64,000 bases of DNA from Eledone cirrhosa. Its lineage: Eukaryota. The stretch lies in NCBI GenBank assembly GCA_964016885.1, contig OZ024743.1:50344001-50408000 (forward strand), read 5' to 3'. This document shows positions 32,823 to 47,606 of the stretch, piece by piece (position 1 is the first letter of the stretch; the number at the start of each line of letters is the position of its first letter). Position numbers and translations under genes: made by a program. The notes under the pieces are model-generated. The model had not been told where the DNA came from, searched no databases, and worked only from the letters and a program-made list of their open reading frames with translations.

Positions 32823-34525
32823 TAGCAGCAGCAGCAGTAGTAGTAGTAGTAGTAGTAGTAGTCTGACAAAGCCGAACGACAGAGTTTGGTTTATTTTTGA
32901 TGCGACTCTATTAAGAAAGCTTTAATCTGTTTTTTGGTGTCAAAGGTGACGTTAATGTTTTAGCGGGCTTCTAATTTGTGTGGGGTTGGTCACGGTTGGA
33001 CACGGTTCAATAGGAAATCATAACAAAGGTAAAAATATCTTCAACAGTCGAGGGAAATAATGTGACGTCAGAAGCAAGAATTTCATTAAATTTTATTAAA
33101 TTCAGCCATCTTCCATTAACTTTTTATTCTTGGTTTACAGTAAATATTGGTTAATGTTATTGATGTTGTTGTTGTTGGAGGAGGAGGCGGTGGTTTTGTT
33201 GTCTTGTCGTTGCTGATGATGGTGGTGGTAGTGGTGCTAGTGGTGGTGGTAGTGGTGGTGGTGGTGGTGGTGCTGGTGCTGGTGGTTGTGATGTCGGTGG
33301 TGTTGATGGTGGTGGTGGTGGTGGTGGTGATGGTGGTGGTGGTGGGGTGGTGTCGGTGGTGTTGTTGGTGGTAGTGGTGTTGGTTGTGTTGGTGCTAGTG
33401 GTGCTAGTGGTGGTGGTAGTGGTGGTGGTGGTGGTGCTGGTGGTTGTGGTGTCGGTGGTGTTGGTGATGCTGGTGGTGGTGGTGGTGTTGTGCTGTTGGT
33501 GGGGGTGGTGGTGGTGGTGGTGGTGATGGTAGTGGTGTTGGTGGTGTTGTTGATGGTGGTGGCGGTGTTGTGCTGATGCCCTCATTATTGTTGTTATTGC
33601 CGCCGCCGCCGCCATAAAAATGCTACATTAAAAACCTGAAAGAAATGTTTTGTGTTTTACATGGCATATTTTTAAAATTTCTTTTTTAATAACAGAGAAA
33701 ATACAAAATAGTGTTGTTGTTGTTGTTGTTGTTGTTGTTATTGTTGTTGGTGTTGTTGTTATTGTTGTTGGTGTTGTTGTTGTTATTGTTGTTGGTGTTG
33801 TTGTTGGTGGTGGTGGGAGGTCACTGCTATCGTGGTGGTGGGGGTGATCACTGCTATTGTGGTGGTGGAGGTGGTAGTGGTGGTAGTGGTGGTAGTGGAG
33901 GTGGTGGTGGTGGTAGTGGAGGTGGTGGCAGTGGAGGAGGTGCTAGTGGTGGTGATGGTAGTGGAGGTGGTGGCAGTAGAGGTGGTGGTGGTGGTAGTGG
34001 AGGTGGTGGCAGTGGAAGTGGTGGTAGTGGTAGTGGAGGTGGTGGCAGTGGAGGTGGTGGTAGTGGTGGTGGTGGTAGTGGTGGTAGTGGAGGTGGTAGC
34101 AGTGGTGGTCGAGGTGGTGGCAGTGGAGGTGATGCTAGTGGTGGTGGTGGTGGTAGTGGTGTAGTGGTGGTGTTGGTGGCAGTGGAGGTGGTGGTGGTAG
34201 TGGTGTAGTGTTAGTGGTGGTAGTGTTGGCAGTGGAGGTGGTGGTGGTGCTAATGGTAGTGGTGGTGGTGGTCGTCGTAGTGATAGTAGTGGTGGTAGTG
34301 GTCGTAGTGGTGGTGGTGTTAGTGGTGGTAGTGCTGGCAGTGGCGGTGGTAGTGGTGGTGGTGGTGGTGGTAGTGGTGGTAGTGGCGGTGGTAGTGGTCG
34401 TAGTGGTCGTAGTGGTCGTAGTGTTAGTGGTGGTAGTGGTGGTGTTGGTGGTGGTAGTGGTGGCAGTGGAGGTGGTAGTGGTGGTAATGGTGGTAGTGGT
34501 GGTAGTGGTGCTGGCAGTGGTGATG
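32601..34525. repeat. Compound trinucleotide microsatellites and low-complexity DNA: (TAG)n, (CAG)n, (GTT)n, (GGT)n
   Basis: Directly visible, with short unique spacers between tracts. Confidence 0.9.
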
Positions 34526-34827
34526 TTGTCGTATAATGGTGTGTGTCATTTATATCATATCATATGTATGTATATTTTCCAGGTTAATATGAATTTTCAC
34601 AACTGTTATCAATTCGTCGATATACCGATACTATCTCAGTTTACCCTCTGAAACGATCGTAATACAATGGTTTGTTTGAGTACGAAACCTTGTCTTATTT
34701 GTTGTCATTGTTCAACCTTATATATATTGTGTATATGTGTGTGCGTGTGTGTGATAGACTAGGGGAGTTATATAAGTAAACAAAAATGAAAGAAAATGAA
34801 AAGAAAGAAAAGGTTTTTCTGCTAGTA

Positions 34828-35065
34828 TTAACCCTTTAGTATTCATATTACTCTATATTTACTATTATATTTTCACAGTAAAGGCTTTATCTCACATAAT
34901 ATTTCTCATATTATTTCACATAATATCGAATTTATGAGATTTTGATGTTATTTATTTTGAGAAAAATACCTTAATCAGTATAAGGGGCTGGTTACAGCCG
35001 GTTTGAACAGAAAGAGGTGCGAGAATTCTGGCCAGATACGGCCGTTTTAAATGCTAAAGGGTTAA
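34828..35065. mobile_element. piggyBac-type MITE
   Basis: TTAA-CCCTTTAGTATT ... AATGCTAAAGGG-TTAA, i.e. TIRs with a TTAA target duplication. Confidence 0.85.
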
Positions 35066-35180
35066 TAATAATATTTGATTTGTTTGCAATTATGCAAACA
35101 GCCTCTTAAGCCATGTCAGTAGAAATTCAGACTTACATTTCTTGTATTCAGCCATGTTGAGCGATAAAACTATTTGTTAG

Positions 35181-35219
<39 letters not shown>

Positions 35220-35756
35220 AGTAGTGTTTTCTCAGTCTCTCTCTCTCCCTCTCTTCGTCTCTCTCTCTCTCCGTCTCTCTCTCCATCTCTCTCTCTCCCT
35301 CTATCCCCCTCTATCACCCTCTATCCCCCCTCTCTCTCTGTACATGAAACATGATGAAACCTAATGTTACATGGTGTTGTTGTATTTCCTTTCAATGTTC
35401 CTCTCACACATTTCATGTTCCATGTTTCATCTTTCCCTGTCCAACTGAAAGAGGTTTTCAATGTTATTTTATTTTCCTCAACATGTAACCCATTTTTATA
35501 CAACATTTTACACTCACAGATTATATCTGATGTTGCGAATGACGCAGACGATCATGACTATCACGTTCACAGTGTCCAAGTTATCTCGCAGTTAACTTTT
35601 TTTTATAAAAATAGTCAGAGATAAGTCTTTCTACAAGAGCAGATAAATATAAATAACTTAAAATGTTAGTAAATAACGGAATGTTACAAATTATATCAGC
35701 ATGTCATGTTGTGATATTGATACACACTGAACATGTAATGATATTTCATCAATGTT

Positions 35757-36281
35757 TTAACCCTCCCATTACCATATTTCTAATGAAAGACACTACTCAT
35801 GTCATTAACCCTTTCATTACCATATTTCTAATGAAAGACACTGTCTCTGTCATTAACCCTTTCATTACCATATTTCTAATGAAAGACACTGTCTATGTCT
35901 TTAACTCTTTCATTACCATATTTCTAATGAAAGACGCTGTCTATATCTTTAACCCTTTCATTACCATATTTCTAATGAAAGACACTGCCTATGTCTTTAA
36001 CCCTTTCATTACCATATTTCTAATGAAAGACAGTGTCTATGTCTTTAACCCTTTCATTACCATATTTCTAATGAAAGACGCTGTCTATGTCATTAACCCT
36101 CCCATAACCATATTTCTAATGAAAGACACTACTCATGTCATTAACCCTTTCATTACCATATTTCTAATGAAAGACACTGCCTATGTCTTTAACCCTTTCA
36201 TTACCATATTTCTAATGAAAGACACTGTCTATTTCATTAACCCTTTCATTACCATATTTCTAATGAAAGATACTGTTTATG
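35757..36281 (+). repeat. 48-bp minisatellite, 11 copies, formed from the left end of a piggyBac-type MITE that continues to ~36690
   Basis: Unit TTAACCCTTTCATTACCATATTTCTAATGAAAGACACTGTCTATGTC(A/T), starting with TTAA-CCCT. Confidence 0.9.
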
Positions 36282-36418
36282 ATTTTTCAATCATTTTCAA
36301 AATAAACCAAGAATTTATCAAGATTTAGTAATCTAGCTAACTAAATTTCTTATTGATAAGTTAATGTTTAGATTATAACTTAACGAAGGTTTTTACATAA
36401 CATTATTTATAAAGTCAA

Positions 36419-36590
36419 CCCCGCCGAGGTTGACTTTGCCTTTCATCCTTACGGGGTCGATAAAATAAAGTACCAGTAATGCACTGGGTAATTGCTGGCC
36501 TTGTGCCTAAAGTAGAAACAATTATTTATAAAGTACCAGTAATGCACTGGGTATTTGCTGGCCTTGTGCTTAAAGTAGAAACAATTATTT
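36419..36590 (+). mobile_element. 5'-truncated SINE with a tandemly duplicated ~62-bp 3' end
   Basis: ATAAAGTACCAGTAATGCACTGGGTA...GTAGAAACAATTATTT occurs twice in tandem. Confidence 0.88.
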
Positions 36591-36946
36591 ATGAAAGACA
36601 GTTTTTAGATAAATATAAACTCTTAAAAAGAGCAACTTTGTATCCTAGAACCTGGGGCGGTTTCGGGGGGTTTGTTGAGAAAAAAGTTATGGATCATTGC
36701 TTCTGCCCCTTAATAAATTTGCTCCGTGCGAAATCATCTCGTATTTTATGCAAATTGTCTGAAAACATCAGTCTGCGGGACTCAGCGATTTTAATTTCTT
36801 AATTATACTTAGTACACACAGAAACAAAAATACACACGCATATAAATAAGATGTCCCCCAAAAATGTATTCATGTGTATTAGAATGATGTTGAAGTGACT
36901 ATGTATTTTTGAGGACACCCTGTATATATATGTATGCATATATGTA

Positions 36947-37029
<83 letters not shown>

Positions 37030-37034
<5 letters not shown>

Positions 37035-37610
37035 AGTATGTATACGTACATACATATATGTATACAGACGTACAGTAGTATGTATATATATATACATACA
37101 TGCACACATATATATATGTACGTATGGATTCACCGAACATTTATTATAATGCTCGGTGTGTTTGTAAACAAACATCCCGAATTAAGCCGTACAGTGTCTA
37201 GCAACCATCGTTGCTCATTTGTTCAACACTGACAAAAGAACGCTGTGCTAGTTTCAAGCTTATTAGCTATCGTCAGCAACGTATACCTTCCTGCCAGATG
37301 ATTGAACGTCTGAAAGTATATACTTTCCTTATGCATATTAACGGCTGAGCAGCCTAATTTGCATATCGAGTGAGTTAATCGGCCGGGATACCGAAAACGA
37401 TAAACGGAAAAAATGAAACGAAATTTCATTTCTCACTCTTCGGTGAATCCATACGTACATATATATATGTGTGCATGTATGTATATATATATACATACTA
37501 CTGTACGTCTGTATACATATATGTATGTACGTATACATACTTATATTTAATTTAAGTAACAGCCGTACTAAGAGTGAGAAATGAAATTTCGTTTCATTTT
37601 TTCTGTTTAT
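37030..37610 (-). mobile_element. Rearranged PLE-type fragment (family D) in (TA)n
   Basis: Inverted pairs 37030-37137/37439-37546 and 37400-37440/37570-37610, with an internal hammerhead. Confidence 0.65.
37241..37281 (-). ncRNA. Minimal type I hammerhead ribozyme with a U16.1>C change, probably decayed
   Basis: CGTTG-CTGACGA-T-AGCT-aata-AGCT-T-GAAA-CTAG-CA-CAGCG. Confidence 0.7.
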
Positions 37611-37637
37611 ATATATATATATGTATGTATATGTATG

Positions 37638-38898
<1,261 letters not shown>

Positions 38899-38920
38899 TA
38901 CATATATATATATATATATG

Positions 38921-39130
<210 letters not shown>

Positions 39131-39181
39131 TTTATAAAAAATAAACCAAAGAAGCCTTCAATACATCAAAAGTCTTTATTA

Positions 39182-39219
39182 GCCAACAATGTTTCGTCCT
39201 ATTAAGGACTCATCAGGGC
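39182..39219 (-). ncRNA. Minimal type I hammerhead ribozyme
   Basis: GCC-CTGATGA-GTCC-ttaata-GGAC-GAAAC-att-GTT-GGC. Confidence 0.88.
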
Positions 39220-40841
39220 AAGTAAAGCTACAAGAAGCACTATCGGCCAATACAAGCCAAAAACTCAGAAGAATATGGAGTATACATCTATTAAAGCCTA
39301 GGAAGGATATCAAGGAAAAGTAGGCTAAGATTAAGAGCGAGCAGTTATAAACATAGATATAGACCAAATAGCAAGGAAGTGATTAACATGTTGAACCCAC
39401 ATTGTAAATATTACATAATGCAAAAACTTGAAACACAAATGGTCATATAATGCGAGAATTACAGTACGATATAGAATATAATATAATATATAATATAATA
39501 TAATAGATGGTGATAATAAAAAGCTTAATATATGTATATATATATATATTTATACATATATACATTAGTACAAACACAAACTAACACTTATTAAGTATTT
39601 AAATATATATATATATATTGTTTACAGTATAATATAATAAAGATAAAAATAAGAATAAAGATAAAAATAAAAATAAAATATAATATATAATTCCCTGTCA
39701 GTGTGCATAAACAATATAAAAACATTATAATAACATTATAATAACAATATTATAATATAATATATTGGCATCAAAAGATATACAAAATTACATCATATAT
39801 ATAATTCAAGGTTAAAAAATAGTATAAAGTTTTACACAGGGTAAGAAAAAAATCATATAGAACTAAATAGTGTTGAAAAAATTGTGTTGAAAATAATATC
39901 TATACCATAGCAACAAATACACGGAGGTCAAGTCGTTTTACATTGGCATAAATATTACCAAAATATCACAAAATATTACAAAATATAATAGAACAGTACT
40001 TCAAATAACATATATTAAAATCTATAATACGATTACATAAAAATGATATGATATAACAACATTAATATCAAATATCAAACAGAGTCTAAGGAAATGCTTA
40101 ATAAATATTTACGTGGTTGAGATACACAGACATATATTAATGAACAGCGTGTGGTAGTAAAAAAATAAATAAAATAAACCGAAGATCGAAAAACAAAAAC
40201 AAGTATATTTACTTAGGTGTCACAAGCGGTTAAGTAAAAGAAGAGATAGAAATGTAAGCGGCGAATTGACTAAAAAACCTTTTCAAATTAATTAATATTA
40301 AAAGTATTTAAAATACATATTTAGTCACTTCAAAATTGGCTATAGTTTAAGTCATCAAAAACGTATAAGTTTGAGATATTTCAATAAAATTATCAAGAAT
40401 AGAGTAAAATATGCTCCGTTCAGTCGAATAACGTTATCAAATAAAATGACTCTAAATAGAACTATGGTAGACCAATGGGAACAGAAAGAAGAGAGGTTAT
40501 GGAGGATAGGAAGGAGCATAAAAATAAAATCAATATATTATATAATATCATAAAAGGAGCATAAAGGTGAAATTTATATATAGTATAATAGAAGGGGCGG
40601 ATATTAAGTGTGTAGAGGAGGAGGCACATTAGTTGAATGAGACTCCAACCAAAGTATTTAATAAGATATAAACCCATAAGGTGTTAGTAGTGAAACCATA
40701 ATAATGCTTAAGACGATAGATAGGGTATGGTAGCCAAAAGACTATGGAAACTAAAATCGAAAAGTTGTAAAAAAACTAATAATAATAAAGATGATGGTAA
40801 TCAAAAAGAACCTAAACAAAAAAGATAAGGAAATATAGCAG

Positions 40842-41285
40842 CTAATGGATACGATTTGAACTACCAGAACTTTTAGGTCTATAATAGAAGAAAGAATTAG
40901 AAATGGCATGGGGGCAGGAAGAAAATATCTCAGACTTTCTATTAAGCAAAACTTCCCTAGAGAAAATTATAGAGTGGGTCTCTAGGATACAGAGATTACA
41001 GAATTTAGTGTGTGTTGATAGGTTATTAGAGCGTGCTACTATACGCCAATTAAGGCTATATGGCATGCCTGCCCCTTTAAGATCCCAGATATGGTGTGCT
41101 AAAGAAGTAGAGTTCTTAAACTTAACATGCTTAAAATTAGAGATATGAGAATTAAACCTAGTTTTAAAAGTATTTGATGTGGAGCCTATATATGTGCTAT
41201 TAGAAGAATCAGTCTTAACTTCACAAGCATAAACAATGTTCCTAGAGAGGCAGTGACCATTTACAGTTACACTTCCTGGTGCTAT
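40842..41285 (-). pseudogene. PLE GIY-YIG endonuclease fragment (no RT)
   Basis: The open frame upstream of the listed ORF reads VNGHCLSRNIVYACEV...STYIGSTSNTFKTRFNSH...TSLAHHIWDLK...WRIV...CNLCILE...LLNRKSEIFSSCPH. Confidence 0.88.
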
Positions 41286-41380
41286 TTACCGGCTGAATAA
41301 GTGATGCATCGCTTCTAGGGTTATTATAAGATAAGGTCTGCTCAGGTGGTAATGCGATAGTGCTTCTTGTAGCTTTACTT

Positions 41381-41418
41381 GCCCTGATGAGTCCGTAATA
41401 GGACGAAACATTGTTGGC
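41381..41418 (+). ncRNA. Minimal type I hammerhead ribozyme (inverted copy)
   Basis: GCC-CTGATGA-GTCC-gtaata-GGAC-GAAAC-att-GTT-GGC. Confidence 0.88.
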
Positions 41419-41569
41419 TAATAAAGACTTTTGATGTATTGAAGGCTTCTTTGGTTTATTTTTTATAATTCTTCGGCTCTGTTTAATTACATTGAGCTAT
41501 ATCTTATACTGTCATTTCTATAATATGAAGAGGGTGTTTAACTCCAACACACTCTAGTATTTTAATTCT

Positions 41570-41622
<53 letters not shown>

Positions 41623-42170
41623 TATTTACGTATCGAGAGAGAGAAAAAAAGGGAGGATAGGTGATACATATAGTTATTTGCCAAGTAGCGTATGCCAAAG
41701 GTGCTCGATACTAGTGCCGGCAGTATTAAATATTCGAAGTGTTAATATTTAGTGGGCTAGAGAGTTAGCAGATGGGTTAAGGATGAGGAGTGAAACCGTG
41801 TACCGGATCTCCCTGCAACAAGTTTTAACACCCCGGCGGGCAGGCGCTGCAAAATAACACCCAGGAAACTAATCATGCATACCAGACCCAGCCTCAAACG
41901 ACCCAGGCAAACAGGTGCGGAAAAACAAACGTCTCGAAATAAGCGTTGATTACATGACACTGTGCGTATCGACAATGGTAAGATTGTAACCACATCTTGT
42001 AACGGATTAAAAATTTGTCCGGGAAAGACTGCCTTAACACCGACCAGAGTTACCTCCCTTGACCTGCTGCAAAATCAAAACACGCTATTTTTGCGAGCAA
42101 TGAATCTTGACGTGAACTTAACCCCCAAAACTCTTTCCGAGCAATGTAAGGAACACTTTTGGTTATTTAT

Positions 42171-42210
42171 GCCCTTGAGAAGCCCAACTGGGCGAAACGT
42201 ACGTAGTTGA
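42171..42210 (+). ncRNA. Variant hammerhead in the 5' pseudo-LTR (U3-A8 core); second copy at 45562-45601
   Basis: GCCC-TTGAGAA-GCCC-aact-GGGC-GAAAC-GTAC-GTA. Stem I pairs better in the 3' copy (GGTGC), which has G5>T. Confidence 0.55.
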
Positions 42211-42473
42211 TGTTTTAAATAAACATGTTTTAACGGTCTATTCTCCGATTTTTTACTTTTCCACGTGCTTACGCTCTGCTAACTCTCTAGCCCACTAAAT
42301 ATTAACACTTCGAATATTTAATACTGCCGGCACTAGTATCGAACACCTTTGGCATACGCTACTTGGCAAATAACTATATGTATCACCTATCCTCCCTTTT
42401 TTCTCTCTCTCTCGATACGTAAATACTGTATTACCGTGCTCCTTTTGTAGAGCATCTCACCTTATTTGCCGTT

Positions 42474-45184
42474 ATGTTGGAGAACCAGCCGTTACCCATG
42501 TCTCTCAAGTGTATCCTCTTACTCAGCAGAAAAACCTACCTCAAACTGCTTATAGACGCTACTAACTCGTTTATACGGAGAGTCAGATGGAAGGCCTACC
42601 ACCTGGATAAGAACACCAGTAACCTTCCTGAACCTAAAGAGAGGTATGGCTTCAAAACATACCGAAACCCACCGCACAACACCTACTGGACTCCTTTGAG
42701 GAGGACCTACTGAAAATGATCAAAAACGTTAAGTTCAGAAAGAAACACCAATGCAGCAATCCATTCTTAACGTCCCTTGATACACTAATAACTAAGATCA
42801 AGAATGACCAGCACCTCTTTGTCACCTCCGACAAAACCAAGAAGCTGTACAAGATGGACGCGAGTAAGTATAAAAAATTCATTTATAAGGAACTACACAA
42901 AGACTACAAAAAGACACCCTCTAGTACCCTAAATGACATAACTAGAGTAGGGAAGGATATAGTTACCAGCTTAGAAATAGAAAAGTATACTAACCCGTAC
43001 GTCCCTCTGACGCCTAGATTCTCTCTTAAGGATCACAAATGTAATTTTAATGAAAGCCCCTCTATTAAACTAATATGCCCCTCTACATCTGATATAGGTA
43101 AGATTAGTAAAGTGATTCTCGACAGAGTACTACTGGAGCTTAATAGAAAGGCTAAGGTCTGCCTCTGGGGCAACACCTACCAGGTCATAAATTGGTTCAC
43201 CGAGTTGCCGGATAAAGCGACCCTGAAGTTCATCCAGTTTGACATAGATAGTTACTACGCCTCTATCTCCCCCATACTCTTAAATAAGGCACTCATTTTA
43301 GCTAAATCTAACACTAGCCTCGCTAAAAAAGAAATAGGCATAGTTCTAGCGGCGCGTAGAACCATTATCCAGTTCGAAGGCTCCCACTGGACCAGAACCA
43401 ACCGTCCTGATAACTTCGATGTCACGATGGGGTCCAGTGACTCAGCGCAAGCAACTGACCTGGTCGGGATATACCTCCTACATAAGCTTAGGGACGAGGT
43501 ACCGGCCCTACAAGGAGGTGTATATAGGGAAGACGCCCTGTTTACCGTTAGGAACCATAGCCCTCGTAGGATAGAGAACCTTAACAAACATATACACAGG
43601 TTCTTCAAGTCATACGGCCTATCCGTAACTATGGACCTCAACCACCAGGTTGTCAACTTCCTGGACGTGACCCTGGAGTTGAGTACGGGCTTATACAAGC
43701 CATACCATAAGCCTGGAGAGTGCCTCTCTTATATTAATTATGCCTCCAACCACCCTAAGCAGACTCTCAACTCCATAGTCTATAGTATCTCACATAGAAT
43801 CTCGAAGCTATCCGCCAATGAGGATATCTTCAACCAAGCGGCAGATTACTACAATAGGGCCTTAATAAGCGCCGGCTTTAACCGAGGAATTTCCTACATC
43901 CCTAACGCTAGCTCTAGAAACCACCCCCGTCATAAAAGGAACGTTATAGTAAGCCATACCTATAACCGATCACGCGGCGACCTCGTTGGAGTCGGATATA
44001 ATAGAATAGATAATCGCACTAAAGATCACGACCTCGGCGACAGTGACCACTGTAGCTTACTCGAACTATTCCCCTACTACAAAATCAACAAAGGCGACAG
44101 CCTACTACCAACGCCTTCCTACCAACATCTTCCTGTACATAAACATGGAAGAAGGAAGAAGAGTGCACCCGAGCATAAAGTGAAAGGGGCACCTAACGGA
44201 CTACAGCGCATTAACAGACATAAGAACGGTCACCTAGATGGAACCACCCGTAGCAAACGTACAAGGACACGTAATCGCCATCGTAACGTCCTATGGTCCC
44301 CCCCCCTACTCTCGGAGTGTGGCCTCCAACATACCCCGGATATTCTTCGAAGCCTTAGAGAAGAACTTCCTGCCCTATAGAAAAATTCTTAATAGGAACA
44401 ATATAAAAATATCCTTCTCTACTACTCCTAACCTAGCAGACATCATAGGAACAACGAACCACAGTAAGATCACCAAGACACAGGACCTTAGCACACACGC
44501 ACCTGCACCTGACAATAACTATATCGGCCTTAACAACTACCTAGCAGCATCCAATAGTGCTGGCAACGGCCTCCACAGACGCAACCAGCATAACCGCGAA
44601 ATGACTGGGGAACATGCAGGACATGACGTGCGGAATAATAATCGTACCACCCCGCGCGCTGTAATGGTGCTAACGACAGCTGCGGGAGCGTAGATAACAA
44701 CGTAGGCAGCAATGATGATAGCCTTACCGTGGGAAATGGATGGAACAGCGACAGAAATTGCAACTGCCGCGACAGGGGACGCTGCCCCCTTAGAGGATAC
44801 TACTTGACTGATAGGGTTATATATAGATGCACTGTAACTAGCCACAATAGCGTTAAACATTATATAGGGGCTACCTCCGGCCCGTTCAAAATTAGGTTTC
44901 GAACACATCACTCTTTCACAAATAAGGAATTAAGACACTCCACTTCGCTCGCGGACTACATCACATCATTAAAGGACTTAAACATCAGCTTCTCCACGCA
45001 CTGGGATATTGTCGGCAGGGCTGCACCGTACAACTTCAAGAGGAAGTGCGATCTTTGCCTCATGGAGCTCTACCACATCATAACTGCACCCCATGAGCTC
45101 ATCAACAGCAGAGCTGAAACAGCGATGCGTTGTACACATCGCTTAAAAATATCCTTCTTCAGATGGGTTAAGGATGAGGAGTGA
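42474..45184 (+). pseudogene. PLE reverse transcriptase / GIY-YIG endonuclease polyprotein, frameshifted
   Basis: Split over ORFs 42474-42713, 42716-44380, 44238-44693 and 44729-45184. RT motifs FDIDSYYASI, VTMGSSDSA, VYREDAL (YRDD altered), FLDVTL. EN motifs CNCR..CPLRG, VIYRC..HYIGAT..FKIRFRTH, CDLCLME, LINSRAE..C.H. Confidence 0.93.
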
Positions 45185-45695
45185 AACCGTGTACCGGATC
45201 TCCCTGCAACAAGTTTTAACACCCCGGCGGGCAGGCGCTGCAAAATAACACCCAGGAAACTAACCATGCATACCAGACCCAGCCTCAAACGACCTAGGCA
45301 AACAGGTGCGGAAAAACAAACGTCTCGAAATAAGCGTTGATTACATGACACTGTGCGTATCGACAATGGTAAGGTTGTAACCACATCTTGTAACGGATTA
45401 AAAATTTGTCCGAGAAAGACTGCCCTAACACCGGCCAGAGTTACCTCCCTTGACCTGCTGTAAAATCAAAACACGCTATTTTTGCGAGCAATGAATCTTG
45501 ACGTGAACCTAACCCCAAAAACTCTTTCCGAGCAATGTAAGGAACACTTTTGGTTATTTATGCCCTTTAGAAGCCCAACCGGGCGAAACGTGCGTAGGTG
45601 CTGTTTTAAATAAACATGTTTTAACGGTCTATTCTCCGATTTCTTACTTTTCCACGTGTGTATATATATATATATATTTATATATACATATATAT

Positions 45696-45878
45696 ATTTA
45701 TTAAAATAACAGATTAAAGTTTAAGCAAAGTATCGCTGCTTTCACCCTTAACGGGATCTTCTGAAACTAAAATAGTCAATCTGTGAACGCAGAAGTAAAT
45801 ATTTCAAAAAACGATATCTGATATATAGTTATCCTTATCGAGCCCTCTTTGGATTTTAGTCTTCAAATTTATTATTAT

Positions 45879-45881
<3 letters not shown>
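45696..45881. mobile_element. Family C terminal fragment with a 5' inversion; degenerate hammerhead at 45719-45767 (-)
   Basis: 45696-45750 is the reverse complement of 25818-25873. Minus strand reads GTTT-CAGAAGA-T-CCC-gttaa-GGG-T-GAAAGCAG...TTGCTT-AAAC. Confidence 0.65.
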
Positions 45882-47498
<1,617 letters not shown>

Positions 47499-47516
47499 GT
47501 ATATATATATATAATA

Positions 47517-47601
<85 letters not shown>

Positions 47602-47606
<5 letters not shown>

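Larger units (their letters stand above)
39132..41570 (-). mobile_element. 5'-truncated PLE with a GIY-YIG domain, ~1.7-kb AT-rich 3' region and an inverted terminal copy
   Basis: 114-bp inverted repeats at 39132-39245 and 41355-41468, each with a hammerhead. (TA)n on both sides. Confidence 0.88.
41617..45658 (+). mobile_element. Near full-length Penelope-like retroelement with C-terminal endonuclease (probably Hydra clade), inserted in (TA)n
   Basis: Direct pseudo-LTRs at 41769-42267 and 45160-45658. Segment 41617-41772 is the reverse complement of 42275-42431. Encodes RT and GIY-YIG. Confidence 0.95.

Noticed and set aside
29980-33140. AAGATGGCGG / GCCATCTT (YY1-like) motifs suggesting a promoter or an old DNA transposon
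   Set aside because: No termini, TSD or associated gene could be defined.
35757-36281. CRISPR-like appearance: palindromic repeat with a short variable segment
   Set aside because: The variable parts are ~12 nt and homologous to one another, there are no cas genes, and the context is eukaryotic; it is a minisatellite.
36890-36925. TACAGGGTGTCC, a Tc1/mariner-like terminus on the minus strand
   Set aside because: No matching second TIR was found; too short to call.
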